Positions 20,264 to 31,104 are shown, counted from the first letter of the stretch. The stretch: 64,000 nt of DNA from Gemmatimonadales bacterium (GCA_041613315.1 JBFJHJ010000008.1:1-64000), one strand, 5' to 3'. Notes: generated by a model not told the origin, from the letters alone. Numbers and translations are program-made.

Positions 20264-21010
20264 ATGACACTGAGCAAGCGACAGACCACGCTGTGTAACG
20301 ACAGCACGTGGGACTTCTCCGACCTCAAGGCACTGTTCATCAACTGCACGCTGAAGCCCACGCCGCAGCGATCCCACACCGAGGGGCTCATGAAGATCTC
20401 CATGGAGATCATGGAGAAGAACGATGTCGCGGTGGAGTATCTCCGCGCGGTGGATCATGACATCGCCCCGGGCGTGTACGGCGACATGACCGAGCACGGC
20501 TTCGCCACCGACGAGTGGCCCACGCTGTTCGGCAAGGTCGAGACCGCGAACATCCTGGTGCTGGGCTCACCCATCTGGCTGGGGGAGAAGTCCTCCGAAT
20601 GCACCAAGGTCGTCGAGCGGCTCTATGCGATGTCCAGCCAGCTGAACGACGCCGGGCAGTACGCCTACTACGGCCGCGTGGCGGGGTGTCTCATCACGGG
20701 GAACGAGGACGGGGTCAAGCACTGCTCGATGAGCATCCTCTACGCGCTCCAGCATATCGGCTACACGATCCCACCGCAGGCGGATGCCGGGTGGATCGGC
20801 GAGGCCGGCCCCGGCCCGTCCTACCTCGACGAGGGCTCCGGCGGGCCCGAGAACGACTTCACCAACCGCAACACCACGTTCATGACGTGGAACCTGCTCC
20901 ACCTGGCGCGCCTGCTCACGGACGTGGGCGGGATCCCGGCGCACGGCAACCAGCGCTCGCTGTGGGACGCGGGCTGCCGGTTCGACTTCGAGAATCCGGA
21001 GCATCGATAA
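20264..21010 (+). CDS. Flavodoxin-like NAD(P)H-dependent FMN reductase family protein
   Basis: NCTLK..SHT, GSPIWLG and ITGNEDG. Confidence 0.88.
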   Translation: MTLSKRQTTLCNDSTWDFSDLKALFINCTLKPTPQRSHTEGLMKISMEIMEKNDVAVEYLRAVDHDIAPGVYGDMTEHGFATDEWPTLFGKVETANILVLGSPIWLGEKSSECTKVVERLYAMSSQLNDAGQYAYYGRVAGCLITGNEDGVKHCSMSILYALQHIGYTIPPQADAGWIGEAGPGPSYLDEGSGGPENDFTNRNTTFMTWNLLHLARLLTDVGGIPAHGNQRSLWDAGCRFDFENPEHR

Positions 21011-21325
21011 CCGGAGCCGGCGCACCAGAACGGGACCGGTGCGCCGAAGGAATCCGCCGGAGCTCATGCAAGACGCACCGCGCTTTCACACGGGCGGGGC
21101 GGCCGTGACGCTCGAGGACCGTTACAACTTCGGGGTGTCCGACCTGGACAAAGACCCGATCGTCAGCGCAAGGGCCGAGTGATCGCGATCTTGGGCGGTA
21201 TATCGTTTCAGCCTGCCGACACAGAGGTAGGACGGGAACGCGATTCCCACCGGGCGCGCCGCGATCGCGCGCTCGCCGGTCCGCGACCCCGCCCCCGACG
21301 CCGGGAAGTGGCGTGGTCGCTCGGC

Positions 21326-21541
21326 TTACAGCGACGCGCCAGGCGGTCGGTTGTGGGGTCCTGGGACGATGCCGATGAGGTCGGGGTCTTCCCCCGGGTC
21401 AACGGGCCGCGCCGCGTTCTGCGCCTGCTGCTCCTTCTGCTCCTTGCGCAGGGCACGGCGTTCGGCCTTGGCCTGGCGTTTCTCCTGCTTGGCGCGTTCG
21501 CGCCGGCGTTTCGCTTGGGTCGCAGGTCCGGGTCTGGCCAT
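21326..21541 (-). CDS. Small basic hypothetical protein (71 aa)
   Basis: GGAGG RBS. MARPGPATQAKRRRERAKQEKRQAK...EDPDLIGIVPGP resembles a small-protein family seen in diverse bacteria. Confidence 0.7.
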   Translation of the reverse strand: MARPGPATQAKRRRERAKQEKRQAKAERRALRKEQKEQQAQNAARPVDPGEDPDLIGIVPGPHNRPPGASL

Positions 21542-21634
21542 GGGTCGCCCTCCGTATCGTTGGCACGAGATAGGAAAGATAGCACCGAAGCGGAGATTTC
21601 GGTTGAAACTCGCGCTTCTGGCACGTCGGCGCCC

Positions 21635-21877
21635 GATCCCGCCGCACGCGGACGCCGGGTAGATCGGCGAGGCCCGGCCCCGGCCCGTCCTATCTCGACG
21701 CGGGCTCCGGCGGGCCCCGCGAACGATTTCACCAACCGCGACACCACGTTCATGACGCGGAACCTGCTCCACCTGGCGTGTGGTGAAGGACGCCGGCGGG
21801 GCCCCGGCGCACGGCAACCAGCGCTCGCTGTGGGATGCGGGTGCCGGTTCGACTTCGAGAACCCGGAGCATCGGTAG
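21635..21877 (+). pseudogene. Decayed copy of the 3' third of the flavodoxin gene (about 20767-21010)
   Basis: Collinear nucleotide similarity with TGG>TAG and several indels. It ends in the same RFDFENPEHR*. Confidence 0.85.
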
Positions 21878-22081
21878 GGCGGTCGGGGCTCTCCCGCGCG
21901 CGGCCCGTAGCCGGCTTCGCCGTCTGACTGGCCGAAGAGCGCGACCCGACAATATCTTGACTCAGCAGCATGAGAGGGCTTCGTCACCGCGAAGCCGTCG
22001 TGCGCGAAGCCGATCGGTCGCGTCCACGACAGCCGACCATGCGCACGAGGGCTGTCAGGTCCGCCCCGGGGAGGTGGCATC

Positions 22082-22984
22082 GTGCAGCAGCTCACGAGGG
22101 GCCTGGTCCCCGTTTCTTGGGCGTTCCTTGCCATCAGCTCGTGCAGCGCCGACGGGGTCCCCGGGCCGGCGCAGCCGTGGGAAGTGGCCGGTGGCCCCAT
22201 CGCGTTCACCTCGGGGCGGAACGGGAATTACGACATCTACATCATGGAGGCCAACGGCAGCGCTCCCAGGCGCCTGACCAGCGACACCGCCGTCGACCAG
22301 AGCGCCGACTGGTCCCCCGATGGCTTTCGCATCGCGTTCATGTCGACGCGGGACGGGGACTACGAGATCTTCGTCATGCTCGTGAACGGCCGCGGCCTAC
22401 AGCAGCTGACCCATAATGGCGCGGCCGACGGGTTCCCCCGATGGTCCCCCGACGGCTCGCAGATCCTGTTCACGTCGAACCGGGACGGGAATTTCGAGCT
22501 GTACGTCATGCGGGTGGACGGCACCAACCCGACCCGCCTGACCTGGAACCCCGGGGACGACCTCGGCGGCGCCTGGTCGCCCGACGGGTCGCGGATCGCG
22601 TTCGCGTCGGGACGCGACGGCAACCGCGAGCTCTACGTCATGCAAGCGGACGGGACGGACGTCGTCCGGCTGACGCACAATGCCGCCTCCGAAGGGAACC
22701 GGGTGGCGTGGTCGCCGGACGGCACCTGGATCGCGTTCCATGCTTATCGCGACGGCAATGCCGACATCTACGTCGTGAATGCCGACGGGACCAACGAGAT
22801 CCAGCTCACGCACGATCCCGCGCGGGATCGGTTTCCGATGTGGTCGCCGGACGGGCAGCGCCTGGGGTTCACCAGCGATCGCCACGGCGATGATGAGATC
22901 TACGTGATGGCCGCGGACGGGAGTGGTCCCGTGCGCCTCACGAGCCGCGCCGGCCTGGACGTGCTCGACGCCTGGCGGCGCTGA
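22082..22984 (+). CDS. TolB-like PD40 beta-propeller lipoprotein
   Basis: Repeated WSPDG..IAF.S.RDG motifs and lipobox ISSC. Confidence 0.9.
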   Translation: MQQLTRGLVPVSWAFLAISSCSADGVPGPAQPWEVAGGPIAFTSGRNGNYDIYIMEANGSAPRRLTSDTAVDQSADWSPDGFRIAFMSTRDGDYEIFVMLVNGRGLQQLTHNGAADGFPRWSPDGSQILFTSNRDGNFELYVMRVDGTNPTRLTWNPGDDLGGAWSPDGSRIAFASGRDGNRELYVMQADGTDVVRLTHNAASEGNRVAWSPDGTWIAFHAYRDGNADIYVVNADGTNEIQLTHDPARDRFPMWSPDGQRLGFTSDRHGDDEIYVMAADGSGPVRLTSRAGLDVLDAWRR

Positions 22985-23542
22985 GCGCCTGGGCGGGGCG
23001 GCGCCCCACCGAACGGCTCTCGGGGCGATGACCGGCGTGGCGCCGGGGGGGTGACGCCGAGCCCCCGTGTCGGCTGGCCGGCGGCGCCCCCAGGTTGACC
23101 GTTTCCTTCCCGCAATTGATGCCGTATTACCAGAACAACGGCATCACCCGGGCTCAGCGGGACAGCCACTTCGACCAGCGGATCCCCTGACTGGCCGGCC
23201 CCATCGCGATCGCCGCGGCGCGACTCCGTCGGTGCTGACCCGTGCGATCCGTCGCGGTCACCGCGCGAAACCGCGCCACAAGGCGACGGTGATCGCATTC
23301 TTCACCTCAACCCTGGATAGAAGGGACGCGTCTGCTGAAGCCCGGCGCGCCTCGAGCGTCGGCGCAACTCGCCCTGGAGCCCGCCGCCGAAGACGGGAAG
23401 TTGCCGGCGACTTCAACGGGCGAGCGAAAGCCCGACCATCGAGGCTCCTGCACTCGACGATCGGGCTTTCGTGAACACTCATCCTCAAACACGGACGAGG
23501 ACTGCCTTGCCGGCGCCCGTCCGGTCGCGGTGTCGTCAAGCC

Positions 23543-25780
23543 TTACGCCCGGGGCGGACCCAGGGTGTTAATACGGTGAAGGATGCGCGTCTGCTCCTTG
23601 ATCTGGGCCGTGGTGGCACCGGCATCCCTGCGAACCGTTTCGGCAGCGGTGACCAAATCGACGAACGACGCATCGACGACGCCATCGCGGTCGATGTCGA
23701 GCATCTCCGTATAGCCAAAGACGCCGTTGGCCCAGTTCAGCCACACGACCAGCAACTCCCGATCGAGCTGCTCCCTTTCGGAGCCACGGTTCTGCTTCAG
23801 GAACATGACGTCGTGTGCCTGCTCGATCGTGGAGGCGTCACGCACCTCATTGAAGACCGGGCTCATGTGGCCGACGATGGCGAGTAGGCATTCCAGGGCC
23901 GCATCATCGAAATCGGTCTTGCCATTACGGCGTAGCTGGTGTTGCCAGTACCCTTCCTGGCGCGCTGCGTTGCTGCCTGCGACGGGCGTGTTGACGACCG
24001 TCACCTGATCCTCGCCGAACGCTCCGTCGTCATCCACGGCGTTGAAGGTTGTCTCGCGCAGGCAGGCGTCGCCGAACGTGTGGGCCTGCATGTCCACGAT
24101 CTGGTTGGGTCCGACGGGGGCACCCAGCGGATAGTCCGTGGAAACACCGCCGCCGTCGCCGAAGTCCCAACTCGCGGTGAGGTCGTCGCGGCCCGGGTCG
24201 AAAGAGCTCCCCGTGAACATGTGGGGTATGCCGGACTCGACCAGGAACGTGGGGACGCCGTTGACCAGCGTGGTTGACGAGAGGTCGATCTCCGCGGTCG
24301 GCGCGACGTTGTCAATCGTGACGGCGGTGCCGACCGTGGTCGGGCTGCTGCCGGCGTGGAGCCCCACGGCCAGATCCGGCACGATGGAACTCAAATTGAA
24401 ACTGGTGATGGGGATCCCAAAGCGCCACGTTTCCTCGCCGAAGATCCCCGCGTCCACTTCCAGTTGCACAAACAGACCCAGGGCGATCCGGAACTGGGTG
24501 AAGACATACTCGAAGTCATCCAGCCTGAGATTGGCAGATCCGGGCCCATCGATGGCGAGCACCGAGCCAAGGTTCCTCGAAACGCCCGAGGTTGAATAGA
24601 CCACGGCACCGCTGCCGGACGCCTCGCCGGCAGCCAGCCAGTCGGCGGTGAACCGGTCCGAGCCCGCCTGCGGCGTCGCGTCGAACCCGATCGAGAAACT
24701 GGCCGGGCCGGCGCTCCGGCTAAAGATCGGGAGGTCGATCGTTGGGAGGTTGAAGACCTGGCCGGGTCCCAGGGGTGTGGTAAAGCTACTCGATTCGTCG
24801 ATGTCTACGTCGGGACCGAGCGAGAAGACGGTGAACCCGAGGACCTCCACATTGATACCGAGGAAGAATTCGAATTCCATGAGGAACTCGTTGCCCTCGC
24901 CGGGGAGGATGCCCGCGTTCGTGAAGTCGGCGGCCGTCCAGTCGAGACCGCGAGCGATGCTCGTTGGGACGAAGCTCGAGCCCTCGAGCACGGAATTGGG
25001 CCCGGTCACGCTGACCGCCATAGGAAGCCGGACGCCGAACGCCCAATCCATCGCGAAACCGAATCGGATGGAGGCCACATCCACCGACGCGATCTCCAGG
25101 GTCTCGTCGAGCGTATAATCGAGCCCCGGCCCCGGGATGCTGAACCCATTGACGACCTCTCCGGTCGCGCTCACCGCAGCTACCCCCTGGAGCGCCCCGG
25201 AAGCGTTGTCCTCGACATGGGTAAACGTGATGGTCTCGGTGTACGTGTAGGTTCTCGGTTCCTGGCCGAACGTGTGCGTCTGCCAGAATCCGGGCGCTTC
25301 CCGCTCGACGGCGTCCTTCACGGCCTGCGTATAGTCCCCTTCTTGGATGGAGCCCTCCACGCCGGGAGGCACGGTGCCTTCGATCACGAAGGCCGGCCAC
25401 TCGCTCTGCCGCGCTTGTTGGGGGTTGTCGTAGCGTATGACGGTCGTCGCGACGATGGTGACTTCCTGGCCCGGCTCGAGTCCTTGTGCTTGCAGGGTGG
25501 CAAGCGGGACCCCCGCATCAGACTCGTACTGGAAAGACAACGACGGCGCCGGGAGCCCCGCGGCTCGGCGCTCCGCTAGCGCGTTCTCGATGGCGAGCTG
25601 GAAGTCCGTTCGCGCGTCACCGCTCTGACTACTGATGACGCCAGGGTCTTGAGGTGGGGGCGCAGCCAGCGGCGGGGGCGCAAGCGGCTGCGTTGGCATG
25701 GTCGGCGTGTCGTCGCTGCAGGCTGACGCTAGCAACACGGCAACTGCCACGACCGGCATTCCTATCCTAACGGGGCGCAT
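23543..25780 (-). CDS. Large secreted lipoprotein with a PKD domain and a C-terminal GYWxH domain
   Basis: TAAGGAG RBS, lipobox ASAC, NVAP..WDFGDG (PKD), and EGYWQHQ...RELLVVWLNWANG. Confidence 0.82.
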   Translation of the reverse strand: MRPVRIGMPVVAVAVLLASACSDDTPTMPTQPLAPPPLAAPPPQDPGVISSQSGDARTDFQLAIENALAERRAAGLPAPSLSFQYESDAGVPLATLQAQGLEPGQEVTIVATTVIRYDNPQQARQSEWPAFVIEGTVPPGVEGSIQEGDYTQAVKDAVEREAPGFWQTHTFGQEPRTYTYTETITFTHVEDNASGALQGVAAVSATGEVVNGFSIPGPGLDYTLDETLEIASVDVASIRFGFAMDWAFGVRLPMAVSVTGPNSVLEGSSFVPTSIARGLDWTAADFTNAGILPGEGNEFLMEFEFFLGINVEVLGFTVFSLGPDVDIDESSSFTTPLGPGQVFNLPTIDLPIFSRSAGPASFSIGFDATPQAGSDRFTADWLAAGEASGSGAVVYSTSGVSRNLGSVLAIDGPGSANLRLDDFEYVFTQFRIALGLFVQLEVDAGIFGEETWRFGIPITSFNLSSIVPDLAVGLHAGSSPTTVGTAVTIDNVAPTAEIDLSSTTLVNGVPTFLVESGIPHMFTGSSFDPGRDDLTASWDFGDGGGVSTDYPLGAPVGPNQIVDMQAHTFGDACLRETTFNAVDDDGAFGEDQVTVVNTPVAGSNAARQEGYWQHQLRRNGKTDFDDAALECLLAIVGHMSPVFNEVRDASTIEQAHDVMFLKQNRGSEREQLDRELLVVWLNWANGVFGYTEMLDIDRDGVVDASFVDLVTAAETVRRDAGATTAQIKEQTRILHRINTLGPPRA

Positions 25781-26063
25781 GACGGATCTCCTTAGGTAAG
25801 AATGAAGTGGGTTAGCGGTACGAAAGAGCAGGTATGGAATGGAACTCGCAGTCGCCCCCGTGCTGGGCTCGGGCGATGGATCGCCGTCGAGGGTCTTCGT
25901 GCAGGCTCCATCGTGGTTCTCCGATGTGATTCGAGCATGGGTCGTAACACATTCGTCGCAGGCAATCAAGGGGACGCTCTTGGGGAACGTGAAGAACACG
26001 ATAACAACACGACGGCGGTCATCGCCTCGACCCACGCGCCACACTCCCTCGCCGAGACGACGA

Positions 26064-26097
26064 AGCCCCGGCACCCAACCAACTGGCTGCCGGGGCT
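26064..26097 (-). terminator. Hairpin downstream of tRNA-Ile
   Basis: AGCCCCGGCA...TGCCGGGGCT inverted repeat. Confidence 0.6.
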
Positions 26098-26111
26098 GTT
26101 GTTCGCCCTCA

Positions 26112-26185
<74 letters not shown>

Positions 26186-26336
26186 CATCCCGCCCAGAGA
26201 CGAGGATCTGCAATCTAGGTCATCGCCGCCCGCCCCTCCACCCCACTCCCTCACGGGCAGAGGGCAGCGCCGGGGCGGTGCGCCTCGATTGCCTGCCCAG
26301 GCTGCCCCCCTCTGCCCCGCCTGCCACCGCCTTCAC

Positions 26337-26564
26337 TCAATCCCAATCCGACTTCCGTTTCCCACCCCGACGCGGCTCGTCCTCCTCCTCCTCCTCTTCG
26401 AACTCTTCCTCGTACTCCTCGTAGTCGTCGTCGTCTTCATCGTCGTCGTCGTCCAACTCCTCGTCCTCCTCGAAGTCGTCGTACGCGCCGTCGGAGTCGT
26501 CCTCGTCGTCGTCGCCGAACGCCAGCACCACCACAGGCGCGACCGACGTGTGCCAGGGCCACAT
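26337..26564 (-). CDS. Small, extremely acidic protein
   Basis: GGAGGA RBS; 39 of 75 residues are D/E. It lies between typA and the tRNA on the same strand. Confidence 0.65.
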   Translation of the reverse strand: MWPWHTSVAPVVVLAFGDDDEDDSDGAYDDFEEDEELDDDDDEDDDDYEEYEEEFEEEEEEDEPRRGGKRKSDWD

Positions 26565-26600
26565 CGCTTCCTCCCGCTCTCCCGAGCTTACGGTTGAGTC

Positions 26601-28508
26601 CTACGACTCGTTCGCCGCGCGCCGAGCACGCGCAGCCTTCTTGCGCGCAATGGCCTCGAGCGCGCGCTTCCGGAGCCGAATGGCCTCCGGGGTGACCTCG
26701 ATCAGCTCGTCGTCCTCGATGTACTCCAGCGCGAACTCGAGCGTGATCCGGCGCGGTGGCTCGAGCTGAATGTTCTCGTCGGACGCCGTCGTCCGCATGT
26801 TCGTCAGCTTCTTTTCTTTCGTGACGTTCACGTCCAACTCGCCCGGCCGGACATGCTCCCCCACGATCATCCCCTCGTACACCGGCTCCCCGGGCGCCAC
26901 GAACATCGTCGCGCGCTCCTGCAGGTTGAACAGCGCGTACCCCACGGCCGCCCCCTCGCGATCCGCCACGAGCACGCCTCGGCTCCGCCCCGCCAGCGGG
27001 CCGGCCCACGGCCCGTACTCGAAGAAGCGATGATGCAAGATCCCCTCGCCGCGCGTGTCCGTGAGGAACTCGGACCGGTACCCGAACAGCCCGCGCGCGG
27101 GCACCCGGAAGCGCATCCGCACCCGCCCGAACCCGGTGTTCTTCATGTCGAGCATGTCGGCGCGCCGGGGACCCAGCGACTCGATCACCGTCCCCAGCAT
27201 CCCCTCCGGTACGTCAACCACCAACTCCTCGTACGGTTCCAGCCGCTCGCCGTCCGGCCCCTCCCGCGTGATCACGCGCGGCCGACTCACCTGAAACTCA
27301 TAGCTCTCGCGCCGCATCGTCTCCATCAGGATCGCCAGGTGGAGCTCCCCGCGGCCCGACACCGTGAGCACGTCCGGCTGGGCGGTGTCCTCCACGCGCA
27401 GCGCCACGTTGCGCTCCAGCTCCCGATAGAGCCGGTCGCGCACCTGCCGCGTGGTCACGAACTTCCCGGCGCGCCCCGCGAAGGGCGAGTTGTTCACCAT
27501 GAAGTCCACGGAGATCGTGGGCGCCTCCACCGCGATCCCGCGGAGCCGCTCGCGCCGCGCCGGATCGGTCAAGGTCTTGCCGATCTCCACTCCCTCGAGC
27601 CCGGCGATCGCCACGATGTCACCGGCCACGGCCGCCTCCACCTCGACCCGCTCCAGCCCCTCGAAGGCATACAATCTGAGCACTCGCGCCGGTTGCTCTT
27701 CGTCCTCGGCGACGGGGCCCGGCTCGCCCAACGGCAGGAGCGCCACCGACTGGCCGACCCGTAGCCGGCCGCGCTCGATCCGCCCGATCGCCAAGCGCCC
27801 GATGTAGGGCGAGAAGTCGAGGGTCGAGACCAACATCTGGAATGGGGCGTCCGGCGTGCCGCGGGGCTCCGGGATATGGGACACGATCGCTTCGAACAAC
27901 GGCGTCAGATCCCCGCCGCCCCACCCCGCCTCGGCGGTCGGACGGTCGGATGGTCGGGCGGTCGCATCGCCGCCCCACCCCTCCCCGACCTCATTAAACG
28001 CCACCCCATCCCGCGCCGATGCATACACGAACGGCGCATCGAGCTGCCGCTCGTCGGCCTCGAGATCCATCAGCAGCTCCAAGACGTCGTCATGCACCTC
28101 CTTGGGACGCGCATCCGGCCGATCGATCTTGTTGATCACCACCACGGGCAGGAGCCCCAGCGCCAGCGCCTTCCGGGTGACGAACCGGGTCTGGGGCATC
28201 GGCCCCTCCGCGGCATCCACCAGGAGCAGCACGCCGTCCACCATGCGCAACACGCGCTCCACCTCACCACCGAAATCAGCGTGGCCCGGCGTGTCCACCA
28301 GGTTGATCTTCACGGCGCCCCAGCGCACCGAGGCGTTCTTCGACAGGATCGTAATGCCGCGCTCCCGCTCCAACGGGTTCGAGTCCATGACCCGGTCCTC
28401 GACCTGCTGGTTTGAGCGAAAGACGCCGGCCTGGCGCAGCATCTTGTCCACGAGCGTAGTCTTGCCGTGGTCGACGTGCGCGACGATCGCGATGTTGCGG
28501 ATGGGCAA
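26601..28508 (-). CDS. typA: Translational GTPase TypA/BipA
   Basis: [30 protein letters not shown], and C-terminal KKLTNMR...DDELIEVTP. Confidence 0.97.
   Translation of the reverse strand: MPIRNIAIVAHVDHGKTTLVDKMLRQAGVFRSNQQVEDRVMDSNPLERERGITILSKNASVRWGAVKINLVDTPGHADFGGEVERVLRMVDGVLLLVDAAEGPMPQTRFVTRKALALGLLPVVVINKIDRPDARPKEVHDDVLELLMDLEADERQLDAPFVYASARDGVAFNEVGEGWGGDATARPSDRPTAEAGWGGGDLTPLFEAIVSHIPEPRGTPDAPFQMLVSTLDFSPYIGRLAIGRIERGRLRVGQSVALLPLGEPGPVAEDEEQPARVLRLYAFEGLERVEVEAAVAGDIVAIAGLEGVEIGKTLTDPARRERLRGIAVEAPTISVDFMVNNSPFAGRAGKFVTTRQVRDRLYRELERNVALRVEDTAQPDVLTVSGRGELHLAILMETMRRESYEFQVSRPRVITREGPDGERLEPYEELVVDVPEGMLGTVIESLGPRRADMLDMKNTGFGRVRMRFRVPARGLFGYRSEFLTDTRGEGILHHRFFEYGPWAGPLAGRSRGVLVADREGAAVGYALFNLQERATMFVAPGEPVYEGMIVGEHVRPGELDVNVTKEKKLTNMRTTASDENIQLEPPRRITLEFALEYIEDDELIEVTPEAIRLRKRALEAIARKKAARARRAANES
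27914..27981. repeat. Four GRYGGTCG octamers flanked by 14-bp direct repeats, in frame inside typA
   Basis: CGCCGCCCCACCCC at 27914 and 27968; octamers at 27933-27964. Confidence 0.75.
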
Positions 28509-28512
28509 CTTC

Positions 28513-28537
28513 TAAGCCCTTTATTTACAATGTGTTA
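28513..28537. promoter_or_regulatory. 25-bp IHF-like imperfect palindrome
   Basis: TAAGCCCTTTATTTACAATGTGTTA, immediately upstream of typA. Confidence 0.45.
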
Positions 28538-28710
28538 GTATTCGCGCGCCTGGGTGCGACATGCTCAAGTGGGCCAGTATAGACGGGGGCGGTACGGAAC
28601 GCAAGCGGCGGCCGTCACACACGGCTCCGTGCGTCCGAGATGGGGAGCCCGTCTGCCGGGGACGGCGTCGGTCGAGGGGAGCGTTCCCCTCCAACGGCGG
28701 GGCAACGCGG

Positions 28711-29664
28711 CTACGGATCGGTCCGGTCGGCCGCGCGGTCCTCGCCGTCCGGGCATCCCTCCCCAGCCCGCTCGATCTGCATCGTCACGTGGTGGATGCC
28801 CAGGTCGGCCATGCGGTGCTGCACGGCACCCAGCACCCGCTGGTTCTGCCCCGGGTCGCCCACCACGGCGTGCCCGCTCATCGCCACGACGCCGCTGGTC
28901 ACGGTCCACACATGGAGGTCGTGCACGTCGGCGACGCCGGGGATGGACGCGATGTGCCGCTCGACGTCGCCCAGCGCGATGTGTTGCGGCGTCGCCTCGA
29001 GCAACACGTCCACGCTCTCCCGGAGGAGCCGCCACGCGCCCACGAGGATGAGGAGCGCGATCGCGACCGAGATCAACGGATCGGCCAGCGTCCAGCCGGT
29101 GAGGAGGATGATCGCACCGGCCGTCATGGCGCCCACCGAGCCCAGCAGGTCGCTCAGGATGTGGAGGTACGCCCCCCGCACGTTGAGCGACTGCCGGTGC
29201 CCGCCGTGCAGCAGGCGCATGCCGACGAGATTGACCACGAGGCCGGCGCTCGCGACCCCGAAGAGGATGCGCGGCTCCACCGCGGGCGGCGCGGCCAGGC
29301 GGCCCACGGCGTCCCACACGATGAGGCCCGCGAGCACGAACAGCGCCGCCCCGTTGACCAGCGCCGCGAGGATCTCGAGGCGGAGGTACCCGTAGGTCTT
29401 CTCGGGTGTCGCCGGCCGCTGGGCGATCCACCCGGCGAAGAGCGCCAGCGCGAGCGCGGCGACGTCGGTGAGCATGTGGCCGGCGTCGGCAAGGAGGGCC
29501 AGGGAGTTGGCGATCACGCCGCCGGCGAACTCCACGACCATGAACGTGGCGGTGAGGATGAGCACGAATCGCAGGGGGCGCCCGTGGCCCGCCAGCGCGG
29601 GCGTGCGGTGGGCGCACTCCAACGAGCGCTCGGGAGCGGCGGCGGGCGGCGCGCGTTCAGGCAC
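28711..29664 (-). CDS. Cation diffusion facilitator (CzcD/ZitB-like)
   Basis: SLALLADAGHMLTD, TYGYLRLE, HILSDLLGS and HDLHVW. Confidence 0.93.
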   Translation of the reverse strand: MPERAPPAAAPERSLECAHRTPALAGHGRPLRFVLILTATFMVVEFAGGVIANSLALLADAGHMLTDVAALALALFAGWIAQRPATPEKTYGYLRLEILAALVNGAALFVLAGLIVWDAVGRLAAPPAVEPRILFGVASAGLVVNLVGMRLLHGGHRQSLNVRGAYLHILSDLLGSVGAMTAGAIILLTGWTLADPLISVAIALLILVGAWRLLRESVDVLLEATPQHIALGDVERHIASIPGVADVHDLHVWTVTSGVVAMSGHAVVGDPGQNQRVLGAVQHRMADLGIHHVTMQIERAGEGCPDGEDRAADRTDP

Positions 29665-29732
29665 GCGCCGGTCCGGCCCGGCCGTGTTTGGCGGCGGCCA
29701 TCCAAGCGTTTAGCTTACCCGGTGACTTCCCT

Positions 29733-31064
29733 ATGGAAGACATTTCCCTCCAATCGGTGCTCCTGCGGGCGGTCGCGGCCCTCGGTCTTGTAGCCGCGAA
29801 CGCTTTCTTCGTCGCCGCCGAGTTCAGCCTCGTGGCGGCGCGCCGCACCCGTATCGACGCCATGGTGCGCAGGGGCGACAGAAAAGCTAAACTCGCGCAG
29901 AAGGCCATTCAATCGCTCGACCGCTACATCTCGGGCACGCAGCTCGGCATCACGGTCGCGAGCATCGGGCTGGGGTGGATCGGCGAGCCGACCATCGCCC
30001 GCGTCATCGAGGGCCTGTTCCGCGGCCTGCCGGAGCCGCTCAACGTGGTCGCGACGCACGTCGTGGCCTCCACGATCGCGTTCATGATCATCACGTTCCT
30101 CCACGTGGTGCTGGGCGAGCTCGCGCCCAAGGCGGTGGCGCTGCTGCACCCGGAGGCCACGAGCCGCTGGGTCGCCGCCCCCCTCATCGCCTTCACCGAG
30201 GCGACCAACCCGTTCATCTGGGTGCTGAACGGCTCGGCCAACGCGCTCCTCCGGCTTTTCGGCATGCGCCCGGCCAGCGAGGCCGAGCGGGTGCACCAGC
30301 CGGAGGAGCTCGTGATGCTCGCCCGGCAGACGCAGCGCGCGGGCCAGCTCGCGACCCAGGACGTGCGCATGATCGAGGGGGTGTTCGAGTTCACCGAGAA
30401 GAACGCCCGAGACGTCATGACGCCGCGCACCGACGTGGCCGCCTTACCCGCGACGCTGACGGTGGGCGAGGTCGTCTCTCGGGTCGCCGAGGCCGGCCGG
30501 TCGCGCTACCCGGTCTACGGCGAGTCGCTGGACGACGTCGTGGGCATCGTGCACGTGAAGCAGATCCTGACCGCCCTGGCGGCGACGCCGGACGCGCCCC
30601 TCAGCACGATCATGCGCGCGCCCTTGTTCGTGCCGGGGACGCGCGAGGTGGAGGACGTGCTCACCGACATGAAACGCCTCAAGTTGCAGATGGCGGTCGT
30701 CCTGGACGAGTACGGCGGGACCGCCGGGATCGTCACGATGGAAGATCTTCTCGAGGAGATCGTGGGCGAAATCTACGACGAGTACGATGCGACGGCGCCG
30801 GCACCCGAGGTGAGCGCGGACGGGGTGATGTTGCCCGGCGACACCGACATCGAGGACGTGAACAAGCGCTATAGCTTGAAGATCAGCGACGAGGCCTACC
30901 AGACGATCGGCGGCTACGTCTTCGGACAGCTGGGGCGGCTCCCCCGACGCGGCGACCGCGTGCACGTCAAGGGCGCCACGTTCGTCGTGACGGAGATGGA
31001 CGGGCGGCGCGTCGGGAAGGTCAAGATGACCGCGACGCCGCCCGCGAAAGTGGCGGGACGGTAG
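29733..31064 (+). CDS. Hemolysin-family CNNM/CBS/CorC transporter-associated protein
   Basis: NAFFVAAEF, GELAPK, SRYPV, LDEYGGTAG and QTIGG. Confidence 0.93.
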   Translation: MEDISLQSVLLRAVAALGLVAANAFFVAAEFSLVAARRTRIDAMVRRGDRKAKLAQKAIQSLDRYISGTQLGITVASIGLGWIGEPTIARVIEGLFRGLPEPLNVVATHVVASTIAFMIITFLHVVLGELAPKAVALLHPEATSRWVAAPLIAFTEATNPFIWVLNGSANALLRLFGMRPASEAERVHQPEELVMLARQTQRAGQLATQDVRMIEGVFEFTEKNARDVMTPRTDVAALPATLTVGEVVSRVAEAGRSRYPVYGESLDDVVGIVHVKQILTALAATPDAPLSTIMRAPLFVPGTREVEDVLTDMKRLKLQMAVVLDEYGGTAGIVTMEDLLEEIVGEIYDEYDATAPAPEVSADGVMLPGDTDIEDVNKRYSLKISDEAYQTIGGYVFGQLGRLPRRGDRVHVKGATFVVTEMDGRRVGKVKMTATPPAKVAGR

Positions 31065-31104
31065 ATCACGGCGGTCCGCGGCACGAGCCGTCCGCCTGTC
31101 CGTC

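Noticed and set aside
22200..22950. CRISPR-like periodic repeats
   Set aside because: These are coding PD40 propeller repeats with degenerate third positions; no cas genes are present.
23067..23474. ORFs in the gap after the TolB-like gene
   Set aside because: No RBS or domain signal, and the Arg/Pro-rich composition is typical of non-coding frames.
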